From Methanomassiliicoccaceae archaeon UBA421 (GTDB lineage: Archaea; Thermoplasmatota; Thermoplasmata; Methanomassiliicoccales; Methanomethylophilaceae), in the NCBI GenBank assembly GCA_002498365.1, contig DAHB01000004.1, positions 123,666-187,665 on the forward strand: a DNA stretch of 64,000 bases. Reading direction: 5' to 3'. A program made the translations under genes and the position numbers. Positions 45,056 to 54,403 of this stretch are shown in pieces. The stretch's first letter is position 1. Every line of letters starts with the position of its first letter. The notes beneath the pieces are model-generated. The model saw only the letters and a list, made by a program, of their open reading frames with translations, had not been told where the DNA came from and did no database searches.

Positions 45056-47665
45056 ATGCCGCAGTATGACTCAGCTTCAATAGAGGGACGCTGGCAGAAG
45101 ATGTGGAAGGACGATGGGGTCTACCATTTCGACCCTAAGTCCGAAAAACCCGTTTTCAGCATAGATAATCCACCAAGGTACACTTCCGGATCTCTGCATC
45201 TGGGACATGCTACCGGTTATTCGATCTCCGACTTCGCGGCGCGTTACAAGCGCATGAGAGGACATAACGTGTTCTTCCCCCTGTGTTTCGACGTGAACGG
45301 GACGCCTATCGAGGTGAAGGTCGAAAAGAAATACAACATTACAAAGCTCGACCTTCCCCGAAAAGAGTACCGAAAGCTGTGCAGCGACTACGCCAACGGC
45401 TTCATCGCCGAGATGACCCGGGACTTCGAAAAACTGGGCGAGAGCATGGACCCCAGCATATACTATCAGACGGACGCCACGTACTACCGGAAGATCACTC
45501 AGCTATCCTTCGTGGAACTGTTCAAAAAAGGCCTGGTCTACAAGGCCAACTTCCCGGTGAACTGGTGCCCCAGGTGCATGACCGCCCTTGCGGACGCCGA
45601 AGTGGAATACATGGACAATGTCAACAAATTGAACTTCATCAAATTCGGAGTTGCCGGCACCGACGAATACGTGCTTATAGCCACCACCCGCCCCGAGCTG
45701 CTTTGCACATGCCAGGTAGTGGCTGTCCATCCGGACGATGCAGATAAACGGCACCTTGTCGGAAAAGAGCTTGTCACCCCTCTGTACGGCAAGAAGGTCA
45801 AGGTCATAGCAGACGAGAAGGTGGACCCGGCGTACGGTACGGGTTTCGTGATGATATGCACAATAGGAGACAAGGACGACCTCGAATGGGTAATGAAATA
45901 CCATCTGCCGATGGAGAAGGGCATAGACGAGACCGGAAGAATGACCGCGCTCTCGGGAAAATACGAAGGGATGCCCGTGGCGGAGGCCAGAGAGGCCGCC
46001 ATCGCGGACCTGGGAGAGTCCGGCCTTCTGGTGAGACAGGTTGACAATCCTCAGCAGGTGTCCATATGCTGGAGGTGCAAGACGCCCATCGAGTACCTTC
46101 AGGTCCCGCAGTGGTTCCTGAAGACGCTCGATTTCAAGGAAGAAGTCCTGAAACGCGCCGACGAGATCCGGTGGCACCCTGAGTTCATGAAGGTCCGCCT
46201 AAGGGACTGGGTCGAATCCCTTGAGTGGGACTGGGTGTTGAGCAGGCAACGCATTTTCGCCACCCCGATACCCGTATGGGAGTGCGCCGACTGCGGCCAT
46301 GCCGTATGCGCAGAGAAGGAACAGCTTTACTGCGACCCGGTGGAGGACGGGCCGCCGGTGGAGAAATGCCCCGAATGCGGCGGTGAGATGGTGGGATGCA
46401 CCGATGTGTTCGACACATGGATGGATTCTTCCGGGTCCGCACTCTACAACACATACTGGCACAGGGACGATGAGATGTTCCGTAAGCTTTTCCCGATGTC
46501 CCTCAGGCCGCAATCCCACGATATCATAAGGACGTGGGCATTCTATTCCATACTGCGCTCCGAGCAGATAGCCCAGAGCGTGCCCTGGAAGGAGGTTATG
46601 ATCAACGGGTTCATAATGGCGCCAGACGGCACCCCGATGCACTCCTCGGTGGGGAACGTGATCGACCCCGTGCCCATCTTGGAGAAGTACGGCGCCGATG
46701 CTTTGCGCTACTACGCCGCGACCTGCTCGCTAGGCATCGACCATGCGTTCAGGGAGCCCGACGTGGTACGCGGAAGGAAGCTCTGCAACAAGATATTCAA
46801 CCTGGGGCAGTTCGTCACCCGTTTCTTCGATTCGAAACCCGGGAAGGAATGCAACGGCCTGCGGGTTTCGGACAGATGGGTCCTCAGCAGATACTCGGAG
46901 ACCGTCAGAGAGGCGACGGAATGGTTCGAGACATATCAGTTCGACAAGGCCATGAAAGCCATAGAGGGCTTCATCTGGCACGAGTTCGCCGACCACTACG
47001 TGGAGATGGCTAAGGGAAGGAGCGACGAAGCAGTTAAATACACTCTGTACAACGTTTTCTACGGCTCCCTTAAGCTCATGGCCCCGATCATGCCCCACGT
47101 GACGGAAGAGCTTTACCAGACCATATTCAGGCAGTTCGAGGGCGACGCCAGCATACACCTGGCGTCGTGGCCGGAGCCCATCCTCTACGACAGTGAAGCG
47201 GAAAGGATCGGAGACGTCCTGAAGGATGTGGTCGCGGCCATACGCGCATGGAAGTCGGAGAAGAAAATGCCCCTGAACGCAGAGATAGCGTTTTTGGAGC
47301 TGACAGGTCCGGATTCATCGGCCTTAGAAAGTGCCAGGGACGACATTTCCGAGACTGCGAAAGCATCTGAGATCGCGATCGCCGAGTCCGCGGAGCTTAC
47401 GGAAGAGGTTGTGGGCGTCAAACCCGTACACTCAAAACTGGGCCCCGCTTTCAAGTCGGCGGCGAAAGCCATAGTGGCCGCGATATCGTCCATGGACCCT
47501 TCGGACGTCGCAAAGCAGATCGCCGGCGGATCGATAAAGATCGAAGCGGGCGAGGTCTACGAACTGGGCCCCGAGTATTTCGAACTGGATAAACGCCTCA
47601 CGCTCGGCGGTAAGGCCGTGGAGACGATTCAGGTCGGCGGGATACTGATTGTGATCGAGCTTTAA
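45056..47665 (+). CDS. valS: valine--tRNA ligase (non-canonical KMSKS)
   Basis: PPRYTSGSLHLGHA (HIGH), WCPRC..ALADAEVEY, ATTRPE editing-domain motif, GNVIDP, and the anticodon-binding helical domain; 869 aa. Confidence 0.82.
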   Translation: MPQYDSASIEGRWQKMWKDDGVYHFDPKSEKPVFSIDNPPRYTSGSLHLGHATGYSISDFAARYKRMRGHNVFFPLCFDVNGTPIEVKVEKKYNITKLDLPRKEYRKLCSDYANGFIAEMTRDFEKLGESMDPSIYYQTDATYYRKITQLSFVELFKKGLVYKANFPVNWCPRCMTALADAEVEYMDNVNKLNFIKFGVAGTDEYVLIATTRPELLCTCQVVAVHPDDADKRHLVGKELVTPLYGKKVKVIADEKVDPAYGTGFVMICTIGDKDDLEWVMKYHLPMEKGIDETGRMTALSGKYEGMPVAEAREAAIADLGESGLLVRQVDNPQQVSICWRCKTPIEYLQVPQWFLKTLDFKEEVLKRADEIRWHPEFMKVRLRDWVESLEWDWVLSRQRIFATPIPVWECADCGHAVCAEKEQLYCDPVEDGPPVEKCPECGGEMVGCTDVFDTWMDSSGSALYNTYWHRDDEMFRKLFPMSLRPQSHDIIRTWAFYSILRSEQIAQSVPWKEVMINGFIMAPDGTPMHSSVGNVIDPVPILEKYGADALRYYAATCSLGIDHAFREPDVVRGRKLCNKIFNLGQFVTRFFDSKPGKECNGLRVSDRWVLSRYSETVREATEWFETYQFDKAMKAIEGFIWHEFADHYVEMAKGRSDEAVKYTLYNVFYGSLKLMAPIMPHVTEELYQTIFRQFEGDASIHLASWPEPILYDSEAERIGDVLKDVVAAIRAWKSEKKMPLNAEIAFLELTGPDSSALESARDDISETAKASEIAIAESAELTEEVVGVKPVHSKLGPAFKSAAKAIVAAISSMDPSDVAKQIAGGSIKIEAGEVYELGPEYFELDKRLTLGGKAVETIQVGGILIVIEL

Positions 47666-47680
47666 AAAAAAGGAAGAAGG

Positions 47681-49093
47681 TCACTGTACTACGTTCACAG
47701 TGATCCTCTTCCCATCGAATTTCATCTTGGTAAGATCGGAGGTCATCTTCCTTCCGAAGTCCTTGTGGACCTCTACAACGGATGACGTGCTTCCGATCTC
47801 GATGTTCCCGATGGAATACTCTCTGATCCTCGCATTCCTTATGATGAACTCGGACAACCCTACTTTTCCGAAACCGTCCTTTTTACCGAGGTTTATCTCG
47901 AATTTCACCATTCCGAAGACGTCGGCGGCCTGATCGAAGTCCACGACCATCCGTATGGTGTCCTTGCTCCCCTCCTCGGCGTCCGGTACTTCCCTTTTTG
48001 TTATCTCCATCCCTGTGCGGAGCTCGAACTCGTGCACGAGATGCTCCTCCTCGGCGGTGACGAAAGATACTGCCGTTCCCTCTTTGCCGGCCCTTCCCGT
48101 GCGTCCTATCCTGTGGATATAGGTCTCCACGTCCTCTGGCATGTCGTAGTTGATCACGTAAGATATGTCGTCCACGTCGAGCCCCCTTGCGGCGACGTCC
48201 GTGGCGACGAGTATCTGCACCCTGCCTTCCTTGAAGTCCCTGAGCACCTTCTCCCTCTTGGACTGGGGCATGTCACCGTGTATGGCCTCGGCGACGTACT
48301 TGTACTGGTCCAGACGTTCGATCAGCATGTCGACCATCCTCTTGGTCTGACAGAATATTATCGCTTTGGGCTGGTCGATGTCCAGTATCCTGCTGAGCGC
48401 CCATGACTTGTTCCTCCTTCCCACCGAGATGTAGTACTGCTTGGTAAGGTCCAGGACCACCTCGTCCCTGGAGACGCTGATCTCCTTGGGGTCCCTCATG
48501 TAGTCATAGGAGAGGCGTTTGACGCCTTCGGGCATCGTGGCGGACATCAACAGGGTCTGCCTGTTGGAGGGCATCATGCGCAGTATGTCCTCGATGTCCT
48601 CGATGAATCCCATATCCAGCATGCGGTCGGCCTCGTCCAGCACCACTACCTTGATGGCGCTGAGGTTCAGCTCTTTGCGGGACATCATGTCCTTTACGCG
48701 CCCCGGCGTTCCGGCGATGATGTCGGCGCCCTTCTTGAGCTGCTTGATCTGGCCCTCGATGCTTGCTCCTCCGTATATCGGGATACATACGTGTCCGGTG
48801 TATTTGGAGAGCTTCGACATCTCCTCGGAGACCTGGACGGCCAGCTCTCTGGTGGGCGCGAGTATTATGGACTGGGGGACCTTCTGCGGCACGTCTATCT
48901 TGCCGAGGATTATCGACCCGTAGCATCCCGTCTTTCCTGTTCCGGTCTGCGCCTGGGCGAACATGTCCCTTCCGGTCAGCCCGATCGGGACGGCCGATAC
49001 CTGGATCGGGGTGGGCTCTTCCCATCCCATGTCGTCCATGGCTCTGGCAACTTCTTCCGGAATACCTATATCTGTGAATTTTGAGATCATCAT
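47681..49093 (-). CDS. DEAD-box RNA helicase with DbpA-like C-terminal RNA-binding domain
   Basis: Q motif, AQTGTGKT, DEAD, SAT, HRIGRTGRAG. The C-terminal segment is VKFEINLGKKDG.... Confidence 0.9.
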   Translation of the reverse strand: MMISKFTDIGIPEEVARAMDDMGWEEPTPIQVSAVPIGLTGRDMFAQAQTGTGKTGCYGSIILGKIDVPQKVPQSIILAPTRELAVQVSEEMSKLSKYTGHVCIPIYGGASIEGQIKQLKKGADIIAGTPGRVKDMMSRKELNLSAIKVVVLDEADRMLDMGFIEDIEDILRMMPSNRQTLLMSATMPEGVKRLSYDYMRDPKEISVSRDEVVLDLTKQYYISVGRRNKSWALSRILDIDQPKAIIFCQTKRMVDMLIERLDQYKYVAEAIHGDMPQSKREKVLRDFKEGRVQILVATDVAARGLDVDDISYVINYDMPEDVETYIHRIGRTGRAGKEGTAVSFVTAEEEHLVHEFELRTGMEITKREVPDAEEGSKDTIRMVVDFDQAADVFGMVKFEINLGKKDGFGKVGLSEFIIRNARIREYSIGNIEIGSTSSVVEVHKDFGRKMTSDLTKMKFDGKRITVNVVQ

Positions 49094-49212
49094 ACCACTT
49101 GATCCGAACTTAAACAGCCTGTGACTTCAACACAGACAACGCTCAATTTCGCCACTCGATATGCCCGCTATATTTATAATAATGACTGGAAGGAAATAAA
49201 GCAACGGCAAAG

Positions 49213-49224
49213 TATATATTTAAA
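49213..49224 (+). promoter_or_regulatory. TATA-box-like element for tRNA-Gly
   Basis: TATATATTTAAA centred about 30 nt upstream of the tRNA 5' end, the usual archaeal spacing. Confidence 0.5.
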
Positions 49225-49247
49225 AAGTCAATCTGTGGAAATGCACT

Positions 49248-49320
49248 GTGGATGTGGTGTAGCTGGTTATCACTTAACCTTGCCAAGGTTAGAACTCGGG
49301 TTCGAATCCCGGCATCCGCA
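49248..49320 (+). tRNA. tRNA-Gly (anticodon GCC), CCA not encoded
   Basis: Hand fold: acceptor GTGGATG/CATCCGC (one G-U), anticodon arm TAACC-TTGCCAA-GGTTA, T arm with a TTCGAAT loop. Confidence 0.92.
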
Positions 49321-49704
49321 CTTTCAACTCTATCCATATCGTCGAATTTGGATTCCGATATTTTTCGTTCCGGCTTATTTGGCATATTTCGTTCATTCTC
49401 TCATTTCTTTCTGTTCTTCTTCCCTCAAACACTTATAATGCATAGAACCGCGCGGTCATCCTGCGGTTTCGCATGGTCTCTCTCAAGCGTCTTGACAGAG
49501 GCATGACCCATCCGGGCGCCGCGTATTATTTCGGAGGGCCCCGATCATCGCCTAGTTCGCCATCGTTGAGCCCTCGATCGGCCCGGGGATACAACGACCC
49601 TCTGACCGCTTTCTTACTTACTTTCGTCAAGAAACCATACTTTTTGAACCCATAGTATTAGTAGCTAGCGATACGGTTATATTGCGAACCTGCAATATTT
49701 AACC

Positions 49705-52296
49705 ATGTACGCTAACGAGCAAAAACTCAGGCGAACCTTGTTGTTGCTTGCCGCAACGGCATTCTTGATGTTGGGCCTCGGCGCCTCGGCGCTGTTAGTC
49801 AACGACATCGAAGAGGCCTCTGCGACATCAGAACCCGAGTCAGACGTCCAGATCGGAGATTTCACATATGACCTGAATCCCTCTCTCCACACGGCTACGG
49901 TCAAGGGCTTGAGCGCCGCTGGGATGTCGAAGAATTCAGTCTCGATCCCCGCCAGCGTCGAGTCTTCTTCCACAAATTACAACGTTGTGTCAATAAACAG
50001 CTATGCCTTCGGAAACAACGAGACGCTGACGTCCGTCATTATCCAAGGGCATGTGAGCATATTCACCGGGGCTTTCAGCGGATGTACGAGCCTCATATCC
50101 GTGACCCTGCCTGACACCACTTCCGTTGTGGTGTCCGATGCTTTCTCCGGTTGCACCAGCCTCCATTCCCTGGGCCTGTTGGGCGGTTCGGTGACCGACT
50201 ATGCCAATGTAATCGGTCTGTTCCCCGAGACGATCACTTCCGTGGCGTTCAGCAGCACGGCGTCGGTCAGTCTTGCGAGCATCGCATCGATCGAACGGAT
50301 CACGAAGATTGGAATTGCGGCCTCTACGTCGACCCACGACATCTCGGGGCTCACCTTCAAGGACATGGTCGGAGCGACGATCGACGATGCCGATGATATA
50401 GAGGGCAAGGTTTTCGAACCGGAAACCCGCACCGTATGGGTACAGATAGCAACGATCGCGCCATCCGACCCCAACGTGGAGTACGAGGTGAACAGGGCAG
50501 ATATGACCGCTCAGGTTGTCGGCCTTTATAATAATTCGACCACAGTGGCGGTCATCGACAGCTGGTTCATCAGCGAAGGCGCGGCCTTCGAGGTCACCTC
50601 CATCGCCGACAATGCCTTCTCTGGCTACATTCCCCTTGCATCTGTGACGATTCCGGACGGCATAACGTCGATCGGAAACAGTGCGTTCAGCGGATGCACG
50701 TCGCTGACGTCGGTGACAGTGCCGGACAGCGTGACATCGATAGGAAACAACGCGTTCCATTATTGCTCCAATCTTGCCTCGGCGACGATGTCGGACAATC
50801 TGACCTCGATCGGCTCCAGCCTGTTCCATGGCTGTTCGGCACTGACGAGCATCGCGATACCGGATGGAGTAACGTCCATTGGCAGCAGTGCGTTCGCCGG
50901 GTGCTCTTCCTTGGAGACGGTCACGATACCGGAGGGCGTAATTTCGATAGGGGACAGTGCTTTCAACGGTTGCTCTTCTTTGGAAACCATAACGCTGCCT
51001 GACAGCCTCACATCCATCGAGGATATGGCATTCTATGGATCCGGACTTACCTCCGTCACGGTTCCCCAAAACGTCTCTTCCATCGGCGAGGGCCCATTCT
51101 CCAACTGTCAGAACCTCGACGAAATATTTGTGGCCGACGAAAACGCGAACTACATGGACGAAGACGGGGTCCTGTACGATGCGGACGGCACCACGCTTGT
51201 CCAGTATCCAGGCGCACGGGCCGGGGCGTTCTCAATACCCGAGGGCGTGACGACGGTCGGAATGTATGCTTTCGCCTGGTCCTCCGTTACGTCGGTGACG
51301 ATACCGGGCAGCGTAAATTCTCTGGAATTTTATGCTTTCAGCTACAGCGCGGCGTTGACATCCGTGACCATGCCGGACAGCATCGGCACGATACCTCCAG
51401 CCTTCTCGGGATGCGATGCCCTCACCTATGTGATGATCAAGGGAGGTGCTTCATCGACCGTTACAGACTATACGGGAATCCTTAACAAGATCCCCGCTCC
51501 GACTACGGTTGTCGTGGACAGCCCTGCGGCGGTCGACCTCACCAAGATAAGTGCCTTCGGCACCGTGACGAAGATACTGTTGACCGAAAACACGGTCGAC
51601 TCTACCGGCCTCACGCTGAGGACGGGGGGCGAGGTTATCACCAACTCTGCCGAAAGGGCGGCGATGGCATATACGACTGATGACCTTTCCAGGATAATAT
51701 GGGACGGCACAGCGACAGTACCATTACCAAGTGGCGAGAGCGGGCTCGTCTACAATGGCAACGATCAGGTCGGTGCCGTTAATACTGACAAGTATTTATT
51801 CGCCACAAACATAGGAAAGGTTCCTGGGACATATACTTCGACGGCTACACTTACCGATCAGACCAACGATACTTGGTCTGACGGGACCACGAGCAACAAG
51901 ACCGTGACCTGGTCCATAGCAAAGGCCACTCTGACCGCAACTTACTCGGGAGAGACGGTGGTTTATGGAACTGCTCCGGCGCTTACCGTCACCGTAACGG
52001 GATTCGTTGGAAACGAGACCGCATCCGATGCAGATGGCTATTCGGCTCCTACGGTCAGCAACTCCGACACCGCGGTTGGAACATATTCCCTGACACCTGC
52101 AGGAGGTTCTGCTGACAACTACGAGTTCTCATATGTGGCAGGAACTCTGACCATAGAAGCGGCCGGTGATGGTGATGATAGTGATGATTCCGGCGATGTC
52201 GGGACCAATGACAACACCTTCCTGTACGTCGGGGCTTCCGCCGCCGCAATAGCGATAATAGCCGCATTGGCTGTGATAGTGATAAGAAGGCGGTAA
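49705..52296 (+). CDS. large surface protein: signal/TM, BspA-type leucine-rich repeats, MBG-like domain, C-terminal TM anchor
   Basis: Many ~23-aa repeats (IP.GVTSIG..AF.GC.SL.SVT), the late segment TLTATYSGETVVYG...GTYSLTPAGG.ADNYEFSYVAGTLTI, and a C-terminal hydrophobic helix plus RRR. Confidence 0.85.
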   Translation: MYANEQKLRRTLLLLAATAFLMLGLGASALLVNDIEEASATSEPESDVQIGDFTYDLNPSLHTATVKGLSAAGMSKNSVSIPASVESSSTNYNVVSINSYAFGNNETLTSVIIQGHVSIFTGAFSGCTSLISVTLPDTTSVVVSDAFSGCTSLHSLGLLGGSVTDYANVIGLFPETITSVAFSSTASVSLASIASIERITKIGIAASTSTHDISGLTFKDMVGATIDDADDIEGKVFEPETRTVWVQIATIAPSDPNVEYEVNRADMTAQVVGLYNNSTTVAVIDSWFISEGAAFEVTSIADNAFSGYIPLASVTIPDGITSIGNSAFSGCTSLTSVTVPDSVTSIGNNAFHYCSNLASATMSDNLTSIGSSLFHGCSALTSIAIPDGVTSIGSSAFAGCSSLETVTIPEGVISIGDSAFNGCSSLETITLPDSLTSIEDMAFYGSGLTSVTVPQNVSSIGEGPFSNCQNLDEIFVADENANYMDEDGVLYDADGTTLVQYPGARAGAFSIPEGVTTVGMYAFAWSSVTSVTIPGSVNSLEFYAFSYSAALTSVTMPDSIGTIPPAFSGCDALTYVMIKGGASSTVTDYTGILNKIPAPTTVVVDSPAAVDLTKISAFGTVTKILLTENTVDSTGLTLRTGGEVITNSAERAAMAYTTDDLSRIIWDGTATVPLPSGESGLVYNGNDQVGAVNTDKYLFATNIGKVPGTYTSTATLTDQTNDTWSDGTTSNKTVTWSIAKATLTATYSGETVVYGTAPALTVTVTGFVGNETASDADGYSAPTVSNSDTAVGTYSLTPAGGSADNYEFSYVAGTLTIEAAGDGDDSDDSGDVGTNDNTFLYVGASAAAIAIIAALAVIVIRRR
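50590..51440 (+). repeat. intragenic tandem LRR-coding repeats (about 69-72 nt units, diverged)
   Basis: Recurrent acgtcgatcgg.aacag.gcgttc...ggatgc... units are visible at the DNA and protein level. A smaller block lies at ~49985-50170. Confidence 0.7.
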
Positions 52297-52317
52297 GCTA
52301 AAACTTTTGATTTAAAA

Positions 52318-52360
52318 CCCCGCCCATCCGGGCGGGGGAATATCTCTTTTAATTGTTTTT
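52318..52360 (+). terminator. GC hairpin (CCCCGCCC-atcc-GGGCGGGG) followed by T-rich tracts, downstream of the LRR gene
   Basis: Perfect 8-bp stem at 52318-52325/52330-52337, then ...tctcttttaattgttttt. Confidence 0.5.
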
Positions 52361-52489
52361 ATACAAGTATATCAATAATATTTAAGGTATCCGTTCTTTT
52401 TAAAAGCAAGGACCAGAGCATCTCATACAATTGATTTGCTGGCACATCGTCTTCCTTTATTTTTACATCAGATGATCGAGAATTTTTAT

Positions 52490-52708
52490 TCACCTGATTT
52501 CGATGGCGCCGCCGCAACATAGATCGACGCACAGTCCGCATCCGTCGCACTTCGTGGAATCGACATAAGTACGCCATCCCATCGCGGCGCTATCGTCCTG
52601 TTCCCTGTGTATAGTGCCGAGAGGACACTTCCTCATCGGTTCGCAGTACTCTTCCAAAGAAGGGCATTTTTCCATATCGATGTATGCTTCGATCTTACCG
52701 ACCTCCAT
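52490..52708 (-). CDS. small ferredoxin-like Cys-rich protein (about 72 aa)
   Basis: Canonical CDGCGLCVDLC [4Fe-4S] motif plus an atypical C-x6-C-x5-CP. Start set at MEVGKIEAY; the ORF extends to 52840. Confidence 0.5.
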   Translation of the reverse strand: MEVGKIEAYIDMEKCPSLEEYCEPMRKCPLGTIHREQDDSAAMGWRTYVDSTKCDGCGLCVDLCCGGAIEIR

Positions 52709-52881
52709 GACATCATATCTACCGGGGACCGGTTTATTAACACTCTCCCGCACGGTATTTTTTTCTTTGCTGGTCCGCTTTTCTCCCGGCCGAAAGATAA
52801 GATATCTTAAGATCTCTCGATCGCCTCCTCCACTCTTCAAGGTCGATTGAACAAGTATTAAATATGACGAGCCGTAATGAA

Positions 52882-52903
52882 TTCGTATATTCGAATATGC
52901 GAA
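52882..52903. promoter_or_regulatory. 22-bp imperfect palindrome, candidate ArsR operator
   Basis: TTCGTATATTCGAATATGCGAA is symmetric about TTCGAA with one mismatched pair. It lies 24 nt upstream of the arsR ATG (52927), next to a TTAAATAT TATA-like box. Confidence 0.5.
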
Positions 52904-52926
52904 TATGTAAATTCAAACGGTGTACA

Positions 52927-53259
52927 ATGGAGAATATAATCGATGTCTTGAAAGCGCTGTCCGATGAAACCAGGCTCCGGATGATAAGTTTGCTGAAGGT
53001 CAGAGAGCTCTGCGTATGCGACATAATGGATACGCTGGAGATTACACAGACCAAGGCGTCGAGGCACCTGAAGAACCTGAAGGCCGTTGGGCTGGTGACA
53101 GACCGCCAGCAGGCCCAATGGGTGTACTATTCCATCGCGCACGGAATAGATGACCGCCTGCTCGACGAACTGATCGACAGGGCACGCATATCCGAACCGT
53201 ACAAATCGGACCTGATAAGGCTGGAAGAGCGCGGGAGCAGATGCGGAAGGGAGTGCTGA
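52927..53259 (+). CDS. arsR: ArsR/SmtB-family metalloregulator
   Basis: LSDETRLRMISLL....ELCVCDI motif (metalloid-binding Cys pair in the HTH). Confidence 0.85.
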   Translation: MENIIDVLKALSDETRLRMISLLKVRELCVCDIMDTLEITQTKASRHLKNLKAVGLVTDRQQAQWVYYSIAHGIDDRLLDELIDRARISEPYKSDLIRLEERGSRCGREC

Positions 53260-53288
53260 AAATCCGCATGTAAGTATGAAGGCGTTTT

Positions 53289-54365
53289 ATGAGCGAAGAA
53301 CAGAGATCGGGCATCGGTGTTTTCGAAAAGTATCTGACGCTGTGGGTTTTGCTCTGCATGGCAGCAGGGGTCCTGATAGGTAAATTCGTATCCGCGATAC
53401 CGGACTTCCTGGAGTCGCTGGAGGTCGCGGGCATAAACATGCCCATTGCAATCCTGATCTGGCTGATGATCTATCCGATGATGATGAAGGTCGACTTCAA
53501 ATCGGTCATGAACGTCAGGAAGCATCCCAAGGCGATCCTGATATCCACCGGGAGCACCTGGGTGATCAAACCGTTCCTCATGTTCGGACTCGCAACGCTG
53601 TTCCTGGCGTTGATCTTCAAGCCGCTGATACCGGCGGACCTGGCCCAAGATTTCGTTACAGGGGCGGTTATACTGGGAGTGGCCCCGTGCACCGCGATGG
53701 TGTTCGTCTGGAGCGCCCTCACAAAGGGTGACCCGGCATACACGTTAGTGCAGGTGTCGATCAACGACATCATTATCCTTATATTGTTCATCCCGTTGGT
53801 GCAGCTTTTGCTGGGAATAAACAATGTAGCTGTTCCCTGGGATACGCTGGCGTTTTCTGTCGTATTGTTCGTGGTCGTGCCTCTGGCCGCAGGTGCGGCA
53901 ACTCGCATCTTGATGATAAGAAAGAAGGGCATCGAATACTTCAACAGAAAATTCGTTCCGAAATTCGGCGGTATCACCAGCGTCGGCCTTCTGCTCACGC
54001 TCATACTGATCTTCTCTTTCCAAGGGGACGTAATAATGGAGCAGCCTCTGTTCGTTCTTCTGATCGCAGTTCCACTGATACTGCAGAACATTATCTCCTG
54101 GAGCCTCACTTACGGCCTATGCATCTGGACCCGACAGCCGCACAGGGTCGCGGCCCCGGTCTCTCTGATAGCCGCCTCTGACTTCTTCGAGCTTGCGGTC
54201 GCGGTGGCCATAGCCCTTTTCGGGCCCGGGTCCCCTGTGGTGCTGGTATGCACAGTGGGAGTCCTTACCGAAGTGCCGGTGATGTTGCTTCTGGTGAAGA
54301 TCGTGAACAAAACGAAAAACAGGTTCCCTCAGGACAACAGAGGCGACACAATAATCAGGACTTGA
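53289..54365 (+). CDS. acr3: arsenite efflux permease, ACR3 family
   Basis: GVFEKYLTLWV N-terminus, 10-TM pattern, conserved ...APCTAMV... Cys. Confidence 0.9.
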   Translation: MSEEQRSGIGVFEKYLTLWVLLCMAAGVLIGKFVSAIPDFLESLEVAGINMPIAILIWLMIYPMMMKVDFKSVMNVRKHPKAILISTGSTWVIKPFLMFGLATLFLALIFKPLIPADLAQDFVTGAVILGVAPCTAMVFVWSALTKGDPAYTLVQVSINDIIILILFIPLVQLLLGINNVAVPWDTLAFSVVLFVVVPLAAGAATRILMIRKKGIEYFNRKFVPKFGGITSVGLLLTLILIFSFQGDVIMEQPLFVLLIAVPLILQNIISWSLTYGLCIWTRQPHRVAAPVSLIAASDFFELAVAVAIALFGPGSPVVLVCTVGVLTEVPVMLLLVKIVNKTKNRFPQDNRGDTIIRT

Positions 54366-54403
54366 GACGTCATAAAGTTACAACTCTCGATCGAGGTTTA
54401 TAT

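Noticed and set aside
49321-49704. The 384-nt gap after tRNA-Gly was examined for an integrase remnant or ncRNA.
   Set aside because: There are only short ORFs with no recombinase-like motifs in any frame. A few 5-6-bp hairpins are no more than expected by chance. The gap is mentioned only as part of the putative island.
54248-54403. Upstream extension of the arsM ORF (52 extra codons overlapping the acr3 3' end). Similar extensions precede arsR (52864-52926) and the small ferredoxin-like gene (52709-52840).
   Set aside because: The extensions are Arg/Ser/His-rich and non-homologous. They overlap neighbouring genes or the operator palindrome, and homology starts at the internal ATGs.
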